From positions 115,981-179,980 of the forward strand of contig CANQPY010000001.1 of the NCBI GenBank assembly GCA_947625835.1: DNA of 64,000 nucleotides, given 5' to 3'. The stretch comes from an uncultured Clostridia bacterium (lineage in GTDB: Bacteria > Bacillota > Clostridia > TANB77 > CAG-508). The translations under genes and the position numbers were made by a program. The stretch's first letter is position 1; each line of letters starts with the position of its first letter. Below, in pieces: positions 28,529 through 37,037 of the stretch. The notes under the pieces are model-generated. The model searched no databases, was not told where the DNA came from, and was given only the letters and a program-made list of their open reading frames with translations.

Positions 28529-29074
28529 ATGGCTAATAACAGGGCACTCCAATTTTTAAGAGGTAGTGGGCATGATAAACCTAACATATTAAATCAAGGT
28601 CAACCTTATTTTGATTATACCAATAATTTACTATATATAGGAGATGGTAAGACAGCCTTAAGAAATTTGAATCCTTTATTTAATAATGAGTTTACAATTA
28701 TAAATAATAAAATAGACAGTTTGGACAGGCATAAGCCTGATAAAGAAGACTGTTGGTTAAAGCCTAGTCGTACTACATTTGTATCTTCAGGGAATTCAAA
28801 TAATAAAGCCTATATACTCTTTAAAGATGCTTTAGGCCTTCCTTATGCCATATATTATATATACATACCAAAGGCTGTAAAAAATAGGCAATACACGTGG
28901 CCATTCAGGTTATCAAGCGTTACAGCTGTAGGCATTATGGCTCCTAAGGGTGATGCACAAACATTACGTCAAGTAATTACAACTACAGATAGTGGATTTT
29001 CATTCCCTGAAACTAATAATGATATAGACATGTATGTATTGGCTTTTGGGGCTTTATATCCTTTCCAAATTTAA
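28529..29074 (+). CDS. tail-fibre-like protein (HylP/Mtd N-terminal-type motif), third paralogue, different C-terminus
   Basis: LQFLRGSGHDKPNILNQGQPYFDYTNNLLYIGDGKTALRNL; no poly-G leader. Confidence 0.8.
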   Translation: MANNRALQFLRGSGHDKPNILNQGQPYFDYTNNLLYIGDGKTALRNLNPLFNNEFTIINNKIDSLDRHKPDKEDCWLKPSRTTFVSSGNSNNKAYILFKDALGLPYAIYYIYIPKAVKNRQYTWPFRLSSVTAVGIMAPKGDAQTLRQVITTTDSGFSFPETNNDIDMYVLAFGALYPFQI

Positions 29075-29094
29075 TTAATCAGAGGAAATAAATT

Positions 29095-29442
29095 ATGTTT
29101 TATAAAGATGGGAATTTTTATTTAGAGCAATCTAAAGAAGGTGACCGCGTTGAAATTACTGAAGAATACCATGATTTTTTACTTGATCAACAATATACTC
29201 ATGGAATGGTTATATATGATGATAATGGCTACCCAAAAGTAAAAGAATATGTAATACCAGAAGAAACCAAATTAAGTTTAGAAATCGACAAACTGAAAGA
29301 AAGTTTGTCTGCGACCGACTATCAAGCAATAAAATTTGCAGAGGGTGAACTTTCCGAAGCGGAATTTGCTCCTGTTCGAGAGCAAAGAAAGACGTGGAGA
29401 GCACGCATTAATGAAATTGAAAAGGATCTTCAAATTGGCTGA
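29095..29442 (+). CDS. tail-fibre assembly/chaperone-like protein
   Basis: Immediately downstream of the fibre gene; ..SATDYQAIKFAEGELSEAEFAPVREQRKTWRARINEIE resembles Tfa/XkdW-type C-termini. Confidence 0.55.
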   Translation: MFYKDGNFYLEQSKEGDRVEITEEYHDFLLDQQYTHGMVIYDDNGYPKVKEYVIPEETKLSLEIDKLKESLSATDYQAIKFAEGELSEAEFAPVREQRKTWRARINEIEKDLQIG

Positions 29443-29448
29443 TTTTAG

Positions 29449-29477
29449 TTGATTTTTATTTATCTTCATAATATAAT
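29449..29477 (+). promoter_or_regulatory. early promoter cassette (TTGATT-17-TATAAT)
   Basis: TTTTAG-TTGATT..TATAAT. Confidence 0.75.
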
Positions 29478-29511
29478 GTTTACGAAGATAAAGGAATGAG
29501 GCAAAACAACC

Positions 29512-29808
29512 ATGAAAGTACAACTTCAAAACCTTACAGAACTTGAAAAAGCAACACTAAAAGAAATGCTTAGTTATGGGTTTGCTTATGATGACTACAG
29601 CAGAGAAAATCCTGTACCTAATGTTTTTCTTTGTTGGGGTTTCGGAGATGAAGAAGAAGATAAAAAATACAGAGGTTGTGTTCATTCTCTTGTGAAGAAG
29701 GGAATCGTTAAAGCAACTAAAGATGGTAGAGATACCATGATAAATCTTACCAATGGATTGACAGTTATTAATATAGAAGAAGCCATTGGGCGGAGCTTAT
29801 TCAATTAA
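29512..29808 (+). CDS. hypothetical protein
   Basis: ORF track. Confidence 0.8.
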   Translation: MKVQLQNLTELEKATLKEMLSYGFAYDDYSRENPVPNVFLCWGFGDEEEDKKYRGCVHSLVKKGIVKATKDGRDTMINLTNGLTVINIEEAIGRSLFN

Positions 29809-29839
29809 AAAAAAAATAGGAATCAATTATAAAAAATAG

Positions 29840-29868
29840 TTGATTCCTTTTCTTATCTATGTTATATT
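29840..29868 (+). promoter_or_regulatory. early promoter cassette (TTGATT-17-TATATT)
   Basis: AAAAATAG-TTGATT..TATATT..GTAGAAAATAAAGAGTGAGG. Confidence 0.7.
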
Positions 29869-29901
29869 ATTAGTAGAAAATAAAGAGTGAGGAAATTAAA
29901 T

Positions 29902-30132
29902 ATGCTTAACAGAACTACACAGTTTGAAGATATTTTTATTATGTGGGACCCAGATATTTTTGATACTTCCATGACCTGGAAAGGGGTTGTAAATTATAAG
30001 AAACAAAAAGGGATGTCTCCCAAGGGCTGTGTTGTGCTAACCATGGAAGAATATCAAGCAGTTATGGAGCTGATTGATGAAGTTAAATGGCAAGCATTTG
30101 ATGCTGGGATTAAAGAAGGACAAGGCGATTAA
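29902..30132 (+). CDS. hypothetical protein
   Basis: ORF 29887..30132 trimmed to ATG 29902 after GAGTGAGG. Confidence 0.75.
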   Translation: MLNRTTQFEDIFIMWDPDIFDTSMTWKGVVNYKKQKGMSPKGCVVLTMEEYQAVMELIDEVKWQAFDAGIKEGQGD

Positions 30133-30133
30133 G

Positions 30134-31117
30134 ATGCAATATATTTATGTAATGGTTGGGCTTCCCGGAAGTGGTAAGAGTACGCTTACCAAGGAAATTT
30201 TGAAATTTCAACATTCTAATTTTGGGGTTGCAGTGGTCTCCTCAGATATGATTAGAGAAGAATTGACTGGGGATGAGGGTAATCAGGAACATAATGAAGA
30301 AGTTTTTAAACTTTATTATGATACCTTTAAGGGGCATCTTAGGGCAGGGCGCGATGTTGTTCTTGATGCAACCAACATTAATATCAAGGCAAGAAAGCAG
30401 GTCTTTATGCATTTGAACGAATATTTTAAAGACACTGAAAACTATAATGTACATAATCAGTCTCGTCAGGATTTCAAAATTATTGCTTGTGTACTACCCA
30501 CGTCTTTCTGGGAATGTGTAAGAAGGGATAGCCTTCGTAAGAGATCTGTGGGCGAAGATGTAATTCGTAAGATTATGAGTAACTTTCAATTTCCCCAGAA
30601 ATACGAAGGGTTTGATGAGATCTTTATTGAAGGGTATATGAGCGCCAATATGGGCCTTTATGACCAATATAAGGCGCAAGCATTTATGGATAAAATGTCC
30701 ACGTTTGACCAAAAGAATCCCCATCACAAATTTACCCTTCTCAAACATAGTACGGCGCTTGAAGCACTTTGTATGAATGATCCTGTTATGAAAGTTGCAG
30801 GTCTTTGGCATGATGTAGGTAAATTATTTACGCAACAAATTGATGAAAATGGGGTTGCGCATTATTATGGGCATGATTCTGTAGGTACGTATTTTCTCCT
30901 TGATAATTTGAATGTTTTTGGGCTTAGCAATTGGAATAATATTTTTGAAGTTTTATTTTATATTAATTTTCATATGAAAGCTCATAAAGACCTAAGAAAC
31001 CCCAAAGCCGAAAGAAAATATAGGAATTTGTTTGGTAATAATAGGTATGATAGATTGATTGATTTTGCAAATAAGGATATGGTTGCCTCTGGAATGTTTG
31101 AGGAATATAAGAATTAA
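30134..31117 (+). CDS. P-loop polynucleotide-kinase-like domain fused to an HD phosphohydrolase domain
   Basis: ORF 30074..31117 trimmed to ATG 30134. VMVGLPGSGKSTL..SSDMIREE..VVLDATN. C-terminal LKHS..GLWHDVGK..YYGHDSVG..HMKAH. Confidence 0.75.
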   Translation: MQYIYVMVGLPGSGKSTLTKEILKFQHSNFGVAVVSSDMIREELTGDEGNQEHNEEVFKLYYDTFKGHLRAGRDVVLDATNINIKARKQVFMHLNEYFKDTENYNVHNQSRQDFKIIACVLPTSFWECVRRDSLRKRSVGEDVIRKIMSNFQFPQKYEGFDEIFIEGYMSANMGLYDQYKAQAFMDKMSTFDQKNPHHKFTLLKHSTALEALCMNDPVMKVAGLWHDVGKLFTQQIDENGVAHYYGHDSVGTYFLLDNLNVFGLSNWNNIFEVLFYINFHMKAHKDLRNPKAERKYRNLFGNNRYDRLIDFANKDMVASGMFEEYKN

Positions 31118-31120
31118 AAT

Positions 31121-31312
31121 ATGAGCATTGCTTGGTTAATAGTAATAATTATTGCTGCTGTTTGTATAGTAGATACTATATTTTTAACTTTATATTGCCA
31201 TTTTCTGAATTGGGATAAATATGATTATCCTCCTCCTGTGCTTGGGGCAGGCATGGGGGTACTATTGATTTTGATTATTGCCCTATTAGTATCTATAGTG
31301 AATGCAGTATGA
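31121..31312 (+). CDS. small membrane protein (two TM segments)
   Basis: ORF track; hydrophobic throughout. Confidence 0.75.
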   Translation: MSIAWLIVIIIAAVCIVDTIFLTLYCHFLNWDKYDYPPPVLGAGMGVLLILIIALLVSIVNAV

Positions 31313-31467
31313 GAACTTTTGAATTATTTGTAGAGACACTTCAAAAAGTAGAAGTGCAAGCAGAAACAGTAGAACAAGCTGAACAAATTGTACAGAGACA
31401 ATTGGAAAGTAACCCTAAAAATGTTCCAGGAATCTGGAAAATTATCAGACCTCAAGAGGTGAATTAA
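31309..31467 (+). CDS. small protein, NLPGxWQ family (52 aa)
   Basis: ATGA overlap with previous gene and TAATG overlap with the next; ..QAEQIVQRQLESNPKNVPGIWKII. Confidence 0.55.
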   Translation: MRTFELFVETLQKVEVQAETVEQAEQIVQRQLESNPKNVPGIWKIIRPQEVN

Positions 31468-31814
31468 TGGAGGTAAATGTGGAAACTGGTGTAACTTTAG
31501 AAAGTACCCCTGAAAGAAAATGCAGGTGTGATTGCTGTGGTAAACTAATGGATCATACCAATGCATTGTGTTCTGGAATTGCAGCTATGTCTTTTAATTA
31601 CTGCAATGATTGTGCAAGAAAAGATCTTGAGCCCTATAGTGTTTTGGTTCCTTATTTTGCAGGAACATTATGGAGAGACCTTACAGCTTATTGGCAAAAT
31701 ATTATTAGGGAAAGTTGTGAAGTAAATGGGCATACGCTTGAACAATTTCATAAAGATTGTGATGATTATATGGAAAGTTGTAGACGTTGGAGTGACAAAT
31801 TAATAAAGGATTAA
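31467..31814 (+). CDS. Cys-rich protein
   Basis: ORF track; CRCDCCGK..CSG..CNDC. Confidence 0.8.
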   Translation: MEVNVETGVTLESTPERKCRCDCCGKLMDHTNALCSGIAAMSFNYCNDCARKDLEPYSVLVPYFAGTLWRDLTAYWQNIIRESCEVNGHTLEQFHKDCDDYMESCRRWSDKLIKD

Positions 31815-31827
31815 ATGGGGGATAAAG

Positions 31828-32154
31828 ATGCACAAATACTATAAATTTAAAGACTTTAGTGAGGAATATAATATTTGGTTACAGCCAAGAGAATATAATT
31901 GGGGAGGTAGGCATAATCTTGCTGTTCAAGCTTGGACAGAGGATGGAGAACCATTTGCAGTAGTTACAGTTAATCTTCCTGATGAAGAACTTTCAGATGA
32001 TGAGAGTTGCACTGCATTTATTGATGAGAATAATACCCCCGGAATCTATAATTTCCTTATTGAGAATGATATTGCAAATTTTACAGGAAAAATTGCGCAT
32101 AGTGGCTTTTGCGACTATCCAGAATTTATATTTGATTTGGAAAAGTTGGGGTGA
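31828..32154 (+). CDS. hypothetical protein
   Basis: ORF track; GGGGGA RBS. Confidence 0.8.
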   Translation: MHKYYKFKDFSEEYNIWLQPREYNWGGRHNLAVQAWTEDGEPFAVVTVNLPDEELSDDESCTAFIDENNTPGIYNFLIENDIANFTGKIAHSGFCDYPEFIFDLEKLG

Positions 32155-32160
32155 TATTAT

Positions 32161-32541
32161 ATGTTTTTAGGGTTAGAAATTAAAAAATCAAAAATTTTAA
32201 GCTCTAGAATAGATAAATTAGAAAAAATTGTCGAGGAGCAGGCTGAATTACTTCGATTTTTATATAATCATGGTAGAGATACTGTAATTATAGTTGGGAA
32301 TCTTGCATTGAATCCTACCATTGAATATGTTTACAATGGACAACTCTATAAAATACCTTTTGAAGATGCAAGTCTTCATAGTAGTTCATACGCTATTGTA
32401 AAAAATGAGGAAACCCAAACCATCATCAAGATAGATTTAGATAAGAAAGGGACCAAACCTAGGCTCTACCTATTGGATAAACCTAAAAAGACGGTAATTA
32501 GAATACCTGATAGTCTTGGAGATGTTATAAATGATAGATGA
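32161..32541 (+). CDS. hypothetical protein
   Basis: ORF track; GGGGTG RBS. Confidence 0.8.
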   Translation: MFLGLEIKKSKILSSRIDKLEKIVEEQAELLRFLYNHGRDTVIIVGNLALNPTIEYVYNGQLYKIPFEDASLHSSSYAIVKNEETQTIIKIDLDKKGTKPRLYLLDKPKKTVIRIPDSLGDVINDR

Positions 32542-32710
32542 GGAACGTTTAAAAAATTATATGGGGGAAGTAAGGAAGGAAATGAAAAGGTTGGGTGCTG
32601 GTAATGGTTTTATTAAAAATCATTTAACTCAACTTCTTTGTATTCATGGTATTCTTGATAATCAGGCCCCCGAAGAGGTTGCTTTACAAGTTATTGGAGA
32701 TAAAGACTAA
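32531..32710 (+). CDS. hypothetical small protein (59 aa)
   Basis: Own translation MIDEERLKNYMGEVRKEMKRLG..; overlaps neighbours by 11 nt and 1 nt (TAATG). Confidence 0.5.
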   Translation: MIDEERLKNYMGEVRKEMKRLGAGNGFIKNHLTQLLCIHGILDNQAPEEVALQVIGDKD

Positions 32711-32928
32711 TGTATCATGTTTACGTTACTAGCTATGAAGAATTAGAAAATAAACTAAATAATCTTCCTTCAAATGAGGAACTATTTTCTATTACTTCAG
32801 CAGGATCACAAGCTATTGTAATTACAAAAGATAAATCTAATATAAATAAGGCAGAAGATTTAATTTCTACAAGACAAAGATTACTCGAACAAATGAATAT
32901 GAGAATTGATTCTGGGAAGATAAATTAA
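32710..32928 (+). CDS. hypothetical protein
   Basis: ORF track. Confidence 0.75.
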   Translation: MYHVYVTSYEELENKLNNLPSNEELFSITSAGSQAIVITKDKSNINKAEDLISTRQRLLEQMNMRIDSGKIN

Positions 32929-32988
32929 GATAAAAATACATTTGCTAAATTAAACGATAATTTATAAAAAAAATATCTGGAGAATAGT

Positions 32989-33621
32989 ATGGCTGATAAA
33001 GTACAATTTCTTGCATCTAGCTTCAAATCAGAGCAGGATAATAATGGTACAGAATATTCTGCAGGTGAAATAATAAATAACGATAAGACTATTACGTTAC
33101 CTGATAAATCAGGCGTTTTGGCTCTCAATATACCTAGAATATTATGGGCATCATTTATACCATATGCAAAAGATAGTAATAATAGTGAGTACAGCGTTCT
33201 TAGGGTAGCAATAGAAAATTATGAATCACTTGTCCCTAAAGATAATTATGTAGTGGCTATTAGAACATGGCGTTTAAGAAAACATAAAACCCCCGTTCAA
33301 ACATTTAATTATGGTAAAAAATTAGAAATTAAATATTTGTTATCAACAGGTGAAAAAGTCACTTTAACCAACCCTAATGATAACTTAACTTATATAGAAT
33401 TTAAAGTTCCAGACAATTGGAAAAAGGGTCTTCAAAGTCCTCTAATCCATAATTATTCTAATAGTACCAAAACAAGATACTGTAATTTAATAACCGTGGC
33501 TTTAGGCTACAATGTACAAAGTTTACCATCTAATACTCCCTATTTTAGTGAACTGACCTTATACCAACAGGGAGTAAATACCAAAAATTCCACACCATTT
33601 GTATATAAAAGCTGTTTATAA
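32989..33621 (+). CDS. putative virion/fibre-type protein
   Basis: ORF track; N-terminal ..KTITLPDKSGVLAL motif, common at fibre N-termini. Confidence 0.65.
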   Translation: MADKVQFLASSFKSEQDNNGTEYSAGEIINNDKTITLPDKSGVLALNIPRILWASFIPYAKDSNNSEYSVLRVAIENYESLVPKDNYVVAIRTWRLRKHKTPVQTFNYGKKLEIKYLLSTGEKVTLTNPNDNLTYIEFKVPDNWKKGLQSPLIHNYSNSTKTRYCNLITVALGYNVQSLPSNTPYFSELTLYQQGVNTKNSTPFVYKSCL

Positions 33622-33748
33622 AAGAATATAAATGTTTAACTTTAAATGTGGATGAGGTCTGTAGGTCGCAAGTTGTGGCATCTGGTTAATTTCTCGCAAT
33701 TGTGGGAAGGTAATTTATACGCGTTTAATTTTAAATATTTTATATTGG

Positions 33749-33783
33749 AAACAGCTGAGGTTTTCTTCAGCTGTTTCTTTTTT
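33749..33783 (+). terminator. intrinsic terminator
   Basis: AAACAGCTGA-8 nt-TCAGCTGTTT followed by CTTTTTT. Confidence 0.8.
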
Positions 33784-33859
33784 ACCTTAATGTTGTAATT
33801 TAATTAGTTATTCATTCTTATTCCATCATATTTTTTCAAAAAGGATCAGTTTAAAATAG

Positions 33860-33888
33860 TTGATCTTTTTTCTTGTCTGTTATATAAT
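33860..33888 (+). promoter_or_regulatory. early promoter cassette (TTGATC-17-TATAAT)
   Basis: AAAATAG-TTGATC..TATAAT..GGTAGAAATTAAGAGTGAGGTA. Confidence 0.75.
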
Positions 33889-33921
33889 AATGGTAGAAAT
33901 TAAGAGTGAGGTAAGAAACGT

Positions 33922-34392
33922 ATGATCAAGTTTGAGGTTGGTAAGATTTACAGGTGCAATGGTGTTTTGGGCGACCGCGAAATGTTTAAGGTACTTAAGA
34001 GAAATGATAAGAACCTTTGGACAGTTTTTGTTACAGAAGATGGTCGCGAATATGATCTCGACTTCACTTACAGAAAGATTAAAACTACAGATTGGTTACA
34101 TGGGGATGAAAATTATGAATATGTCACCTTCCCAGTTGGTATTCCTGGACTTACCTTCAACGCAACAAATATAGTTGATAACTATGATGAAATTGTAGAA
34201 AATGCCAAGAAGAAGGAAGAAAAGAAAAAAGCTGAAAAGGAAGCAAGAATACAAGCCCAAGCAGAAGAATTGAAGAATTTTCTTAAGGAAAACAACATCA
34301 CCCTTGAATTTGCAGAAAAAATTGAAAATGGGATGCGTATGTTTAGTAGTAATGTTATTGAAGCGGTACGTGAAGAAAGCAGGAATGACTAA
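33922..34392 (+). CDS. hypothetical protein
   Basis: ORF track. Confidence 0.8.
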   Translation: MIKFEVGKIYRCNGVLGDREMFKVLKRNDKNLWTVFVTEDGREYDLDFTYRKIKTTDWLHGDENYEYVTFPVGIPGLTFNATNIVDNYDEIVENAKKKEEKKKAEKEARIQAQAEELKNFLKENNITLEFAEKIENGMRMFSSNVIEAVREESRND

Positions 34393-34399
34393 ATAATAG

Positions 34400-34428
34400 T
34401 TGATTTTTCTCCCAAAATACATTATAAT
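34400..34428 (+). promoter_or_regulatory. early promoter cassette (TTGATT-17-TATAAT)
   Basis: AATAATAG-TTGATT..TATAAT..AAAGGTGAGGTA. Confidence 0.75.
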
Positions 34429-34461
34429 ATAAATAAGAGTTAAAGGTGAGGTATTAATAAT

Positions 34462-34875
34462 ATGGAAAAAGAATTCAAGTTTCGCAACTACACCAGGGAT
34501 CAATTGAGGGAGCTTCATTTCTTTGCTCCTATTCAGCCTAATGATGTTCTTCTTCCCATGCTGGGATTTTCCCTCAAGTCTGGCAATCGTTGGGAAGGTA
34601 TTCCTGTTGAGTGCAAGATCTGTGAACGTCGCTGGAAGTTGGAGGAGGGTGATAGTTTTTGGCCTTACAAGATTGAGCTTGAGCCTATTGATCCTGATCT
34701 TATTCCAGTATTTGGCAGGGAAGAATATTATGGCTGTGATTTTGAAAGTCTTGTCAATCAGGATGCTATTCATCTTAAACAGGCTCCTACTGAACATGTT
34801 GAAATTGCTAAATGGCGTGAACCTCTTACGAAGAACTGCTATATCGAACATGAAGGATATGTAATTGTAGCTTGA
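34462..34875 (+). CDS. hypothetical protein
   Basis: ORF track. Confidence 0.8.
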   Translation: MEKEFKFRNYTRDQLRELHFFAPIQPNDVLLPMLGFSLKSGNRWEGIPVECKICERRWKLEEGDSFWPYKIELEPIDPDLIPVFGREEYYGCDFESLVNQDAIHLKQAPTEHVEIAKWREPLTKNCYIEHEGYVIVA

Positions 34876-34885
34876 GGTGAATAGG

Positions 34886-35086
34886 ATGAGAGAAAACATT
34901 TGGATCGTTCATGCAAAGAGACAAGAGAAAAAGGCCTTGGAATTTTATGAGATGGGCTTAGTCGATGAAGCCAAAAGGCATGAAGATCTTGCTAAAAGAT
35001 TTTATAGGAATGGAGGAGTAGTTGATTATCAACCTCCTTATCCACAGGAACTTCAAAGAAATAAGAAGAAATCTAAGCGCCATTAA
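34886..35086 (+). CDS. hypothetical small basic protein
   Basis: ORF 34877..35086 trimmed to ATG 34886 after GAGGTG. Confidence 0.7.
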   Translation: MRENIWIVHAKRQEKKALEFYEMGLVDEAKRHEDLAKRFYRNGGVVDYQPPYPQELQRNKKKSKRH

Positions 35087-35160
35087 TCCATGAAACCCTC
35101 CTCTCATTATAAATAGTGGCATGAGGAGTATATATATATATAAGATCAACTAATCTTTAG

Positions 35161-35189
35161 TTGATCTTTCTTTTTACTTCTGTTATAAT
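35161..35189 (+). promoter_or_regulatory. early promoter cassette (TTGATC-17-TATAAT)
   Basis: The -35 lies in the 3' arm of the 11-bp hairpin AGATCAACTAA-tct-TTAGTTGATCT. Confidence 0.75.
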
Positions 35190-35255
35190 GTTAATAGAAA
35201 ATAAAGTATATGGTAGATATAAAGCTGCTTACATTTTTACAGTGAGGAAAAGAAA

Positions 35256-36488
35256 ATGAAGCTTTCAAATAACATCAAAAAGATTTTTAAGCTTTTCCAA
35301 CAATTTAATAAGCAAATCTACCTTGTTGGTGGTTGTGTAAGAGATATTGTAATGGGGAATACTCCTCATGATTATGATTTTACTACAAATGCAACTCCTG
35401 ATGAAATGAAAGAGATTGCTAAAAGTGCAAATATTGAAATTATTCCTACTGGCGAAAAATATGGTACTCTTACTTTTCATATTGATAATGAATTTTATGA
35501 GATCACAACATTCAGATCCGATGGAAATTATAGTGATGGAAGAAGACCAGATGAAGTTGTTTTTTCTAAAGAGTTGAGGGATGATCTTTGTAGAAGAGAT
35601 TTTACTTTTAATTCCATGTGTTTTTCCTTTGATGAGAAAAATAATGGGGTTAAGTTAATTGATATCTATAATGGTAGGAAAGACATTGAAAGTGGGGTTG
35701 TAAATACCATTGGTAAAGCAGAGGATAGATTTAATGAAGATGCATTGAGAATTCTTAGAGCAATTAGATTTGCTTATAAATTTGGGTTTAATCTTTCCTT
35801 AGATATTAGAAGAGCAATTTCCAAGCAGGTAAATCTTCTTAATAATGTTTCTATGGAAAGGATTAGAGAGGAAATTTTCAAGATCCTAGAATACTATAAG
35901 CCCAGTGAAATCAATGATAAATCATTGCAAATTGTTCTTAATAAGATTTTGGGTGGTTCTAATATTGATTTTATAGATGAATTTGGTGAAAATATCCTTA
36001 TTGAAACTAGATTGCTTTATGTTTTAAATTTTAAATTGAATAGAGAAGAAATTAATAATAAGTTGGTTGAATTGAAATGCAGTAATAAATTTATTAAAGA
36101 TTCTCTTACAATTTATGACTGTTTTAAATGCCTTGAATATTATAAAAAACAAGAGGATTTGAGATTTGCCTTTAAGAAATGTTTGAATAGGTGTAATAAA
36201 GATTTTAATCTTTTTACCCAGTCCCTTATTTTGTTTATTAATAATAATATTGAATTTCTCTTTGATTATGAAGATCTTATTAGATTGGGCCAAACCATTT
36301 TGGAAAATAATGAACCAATCACCCTTGCAGATCTTGTAATTAATGGGGATGACCTTAATGGTTGGGGGATTAAAGGAAAGAAATGTGGGGAATTGCTTGA
36401 GACAATCCAGGAAAAAGTTTGGTTGGATCCTGCATTTAATAGTAAAGAAACAATTAAAGAATTTGTTAAGGTTAAAGCTACCTGTTAA
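35256..36488 (+). CDS. cca: tRNA nucleotidyltransferase (CCA-adding enzyme)
   Basis: LVGGCVRDIVMGNTPHDYDFTT, ..GTLTF..EITTFR, RRDFTFNS, ALRILRAIRFA. Confidence 0.9.
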   Translation: MKLSNNIKKIFKLFQQFNKQIYLVGGCVRDIVMGNTPHDYDFTTNATPDEMKEIAKSANIEIIPTGEKYGTLTFHIDNEFYEITTFRSDGNYSDGRRPDEVVFSKELRDDLCRRDFTFNSMCFSFDEKNNGVKLIDIYNGRKDIESGVVNTIGKAEDRFNEDALRILRAIRFAYKFGFNLSLDIRRAISKQVNLLNNVSMERIREEIFKILEYYKPSEINDKSLQIVLNKILGGSNIDFIDEFGENILIETRLLYVLNFKLNREEINNKLVELKCSNKFIKDSLTIYDCFKCLEYYKKQEDLRFAFKKCLNRCNKDFNLFTQSLILFINNNIEFLFDYEDLIRLGQTILENNEPITLADLVINGDDLNGWGIKGKKCGELLETIQEKVWLDPAFNSKETIKEFVKVKATC

Positions 36489-36541
36489 CCTCGCCTTTTA
36501 TTGTAAAATTATTTACTTACTGCCTGAAAAATCAATCACAA

Positions 36542-36575
36542 ATATGGGAGTCGCATAATTTGCCGACTCCCATAT
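36542..36575 (+). terminator. 12-bp hairpin after cca (terminator candidate)
   Basis: ATATGGGAGTCG-10 nt-CGACTCCCATAT, followed by a moderately T-rich tract. Confidence 0.55.
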
Positions 36576-36706
36576 CTTGTCTGGTTTCTTCGGCTATTTT
36601 CAACATTTAAAATTGCACTTAAAAAACCTGCCAAAGCCCACCAAATAAATTATAATGAGAAATTGTGAAAAAAGAGAAAAAGGACAATTTTACCAACTTT
36701 GACTAA

Positions 36707-36716
36707 TGCTAAATTA
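36707..36716 (+). promoter_or_regulatory. TGCTAAATTA motif (class II promoter candidate)
   Basis: Exact copy; 331 nt upstream of ATG 37038, before the repeat region. Confidence 0.4.
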
Positions 36717-36764
36717 AATAGAAAAAATAAACAATTCTTCAATAAATAAAGAAGAGTAAAGGAT

Positions 36765-37010
36765 GAGTTTTTAACTTTAATTGAAAAAAGTTAAAAACTC
36801 ATATACACATACACATATATATATATACGACGTTATGATATATATTTAGATATGTCTAATGATATATATATATATCTAGATATATATATCATAATATGTC
36901 TGACGATATATATCTGACGACATGTCTGCTAACATTTTCGATACTTAAGTTTTCGATGCTAAAAACTTAAGTACATAGGTTTTTGATGCTAAAAATTTTA
37001 TATCTAAAAT
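36765..37010. repeat. AT-repeat, palindrome and iteron region (origin, packaging or regulatory candidate)
   Basis: 13-bp hairpin GAGTTTTTAACTT/AAGTTAAAAACTC. (TA)n tracts. Palindrome ATGATATATATATATAT-CTAG-ATATATATATCAT (36859-92). ATGTCT and TCTGACGA repeats. TTTTyGATGCTAAAAA repeated 2-3 times. Confidence 0.6.
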
Positions 37011-37037
37011 TTAAGATAGAGAAAGGTAAAAATAAAA

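Noticed and set aside
10416-29074. Diversity-generating retroelement, suggested by the Mtd-like N-terminal motif of three fibre genes
   Set aside because: I recognise no reverse transcriptase gene and no template/variable repeat pair in this window. The motif is also found in non-DGR fibres such as HylP.
34096-34899. 267-aa ORF on the minus strand
   Set aside because: It lies antisense to three + strand genes that each have a promoter cassette and RBS. Its composition (F/I/L/K/N-rich) is what AT-rich antisense gives, and it has no RBS.
36801-37010. CRISPR array
   Set aside because: The repeats are TA microsatellites, palindromes and short iterons. There is no regular repeat-spacer architecture.
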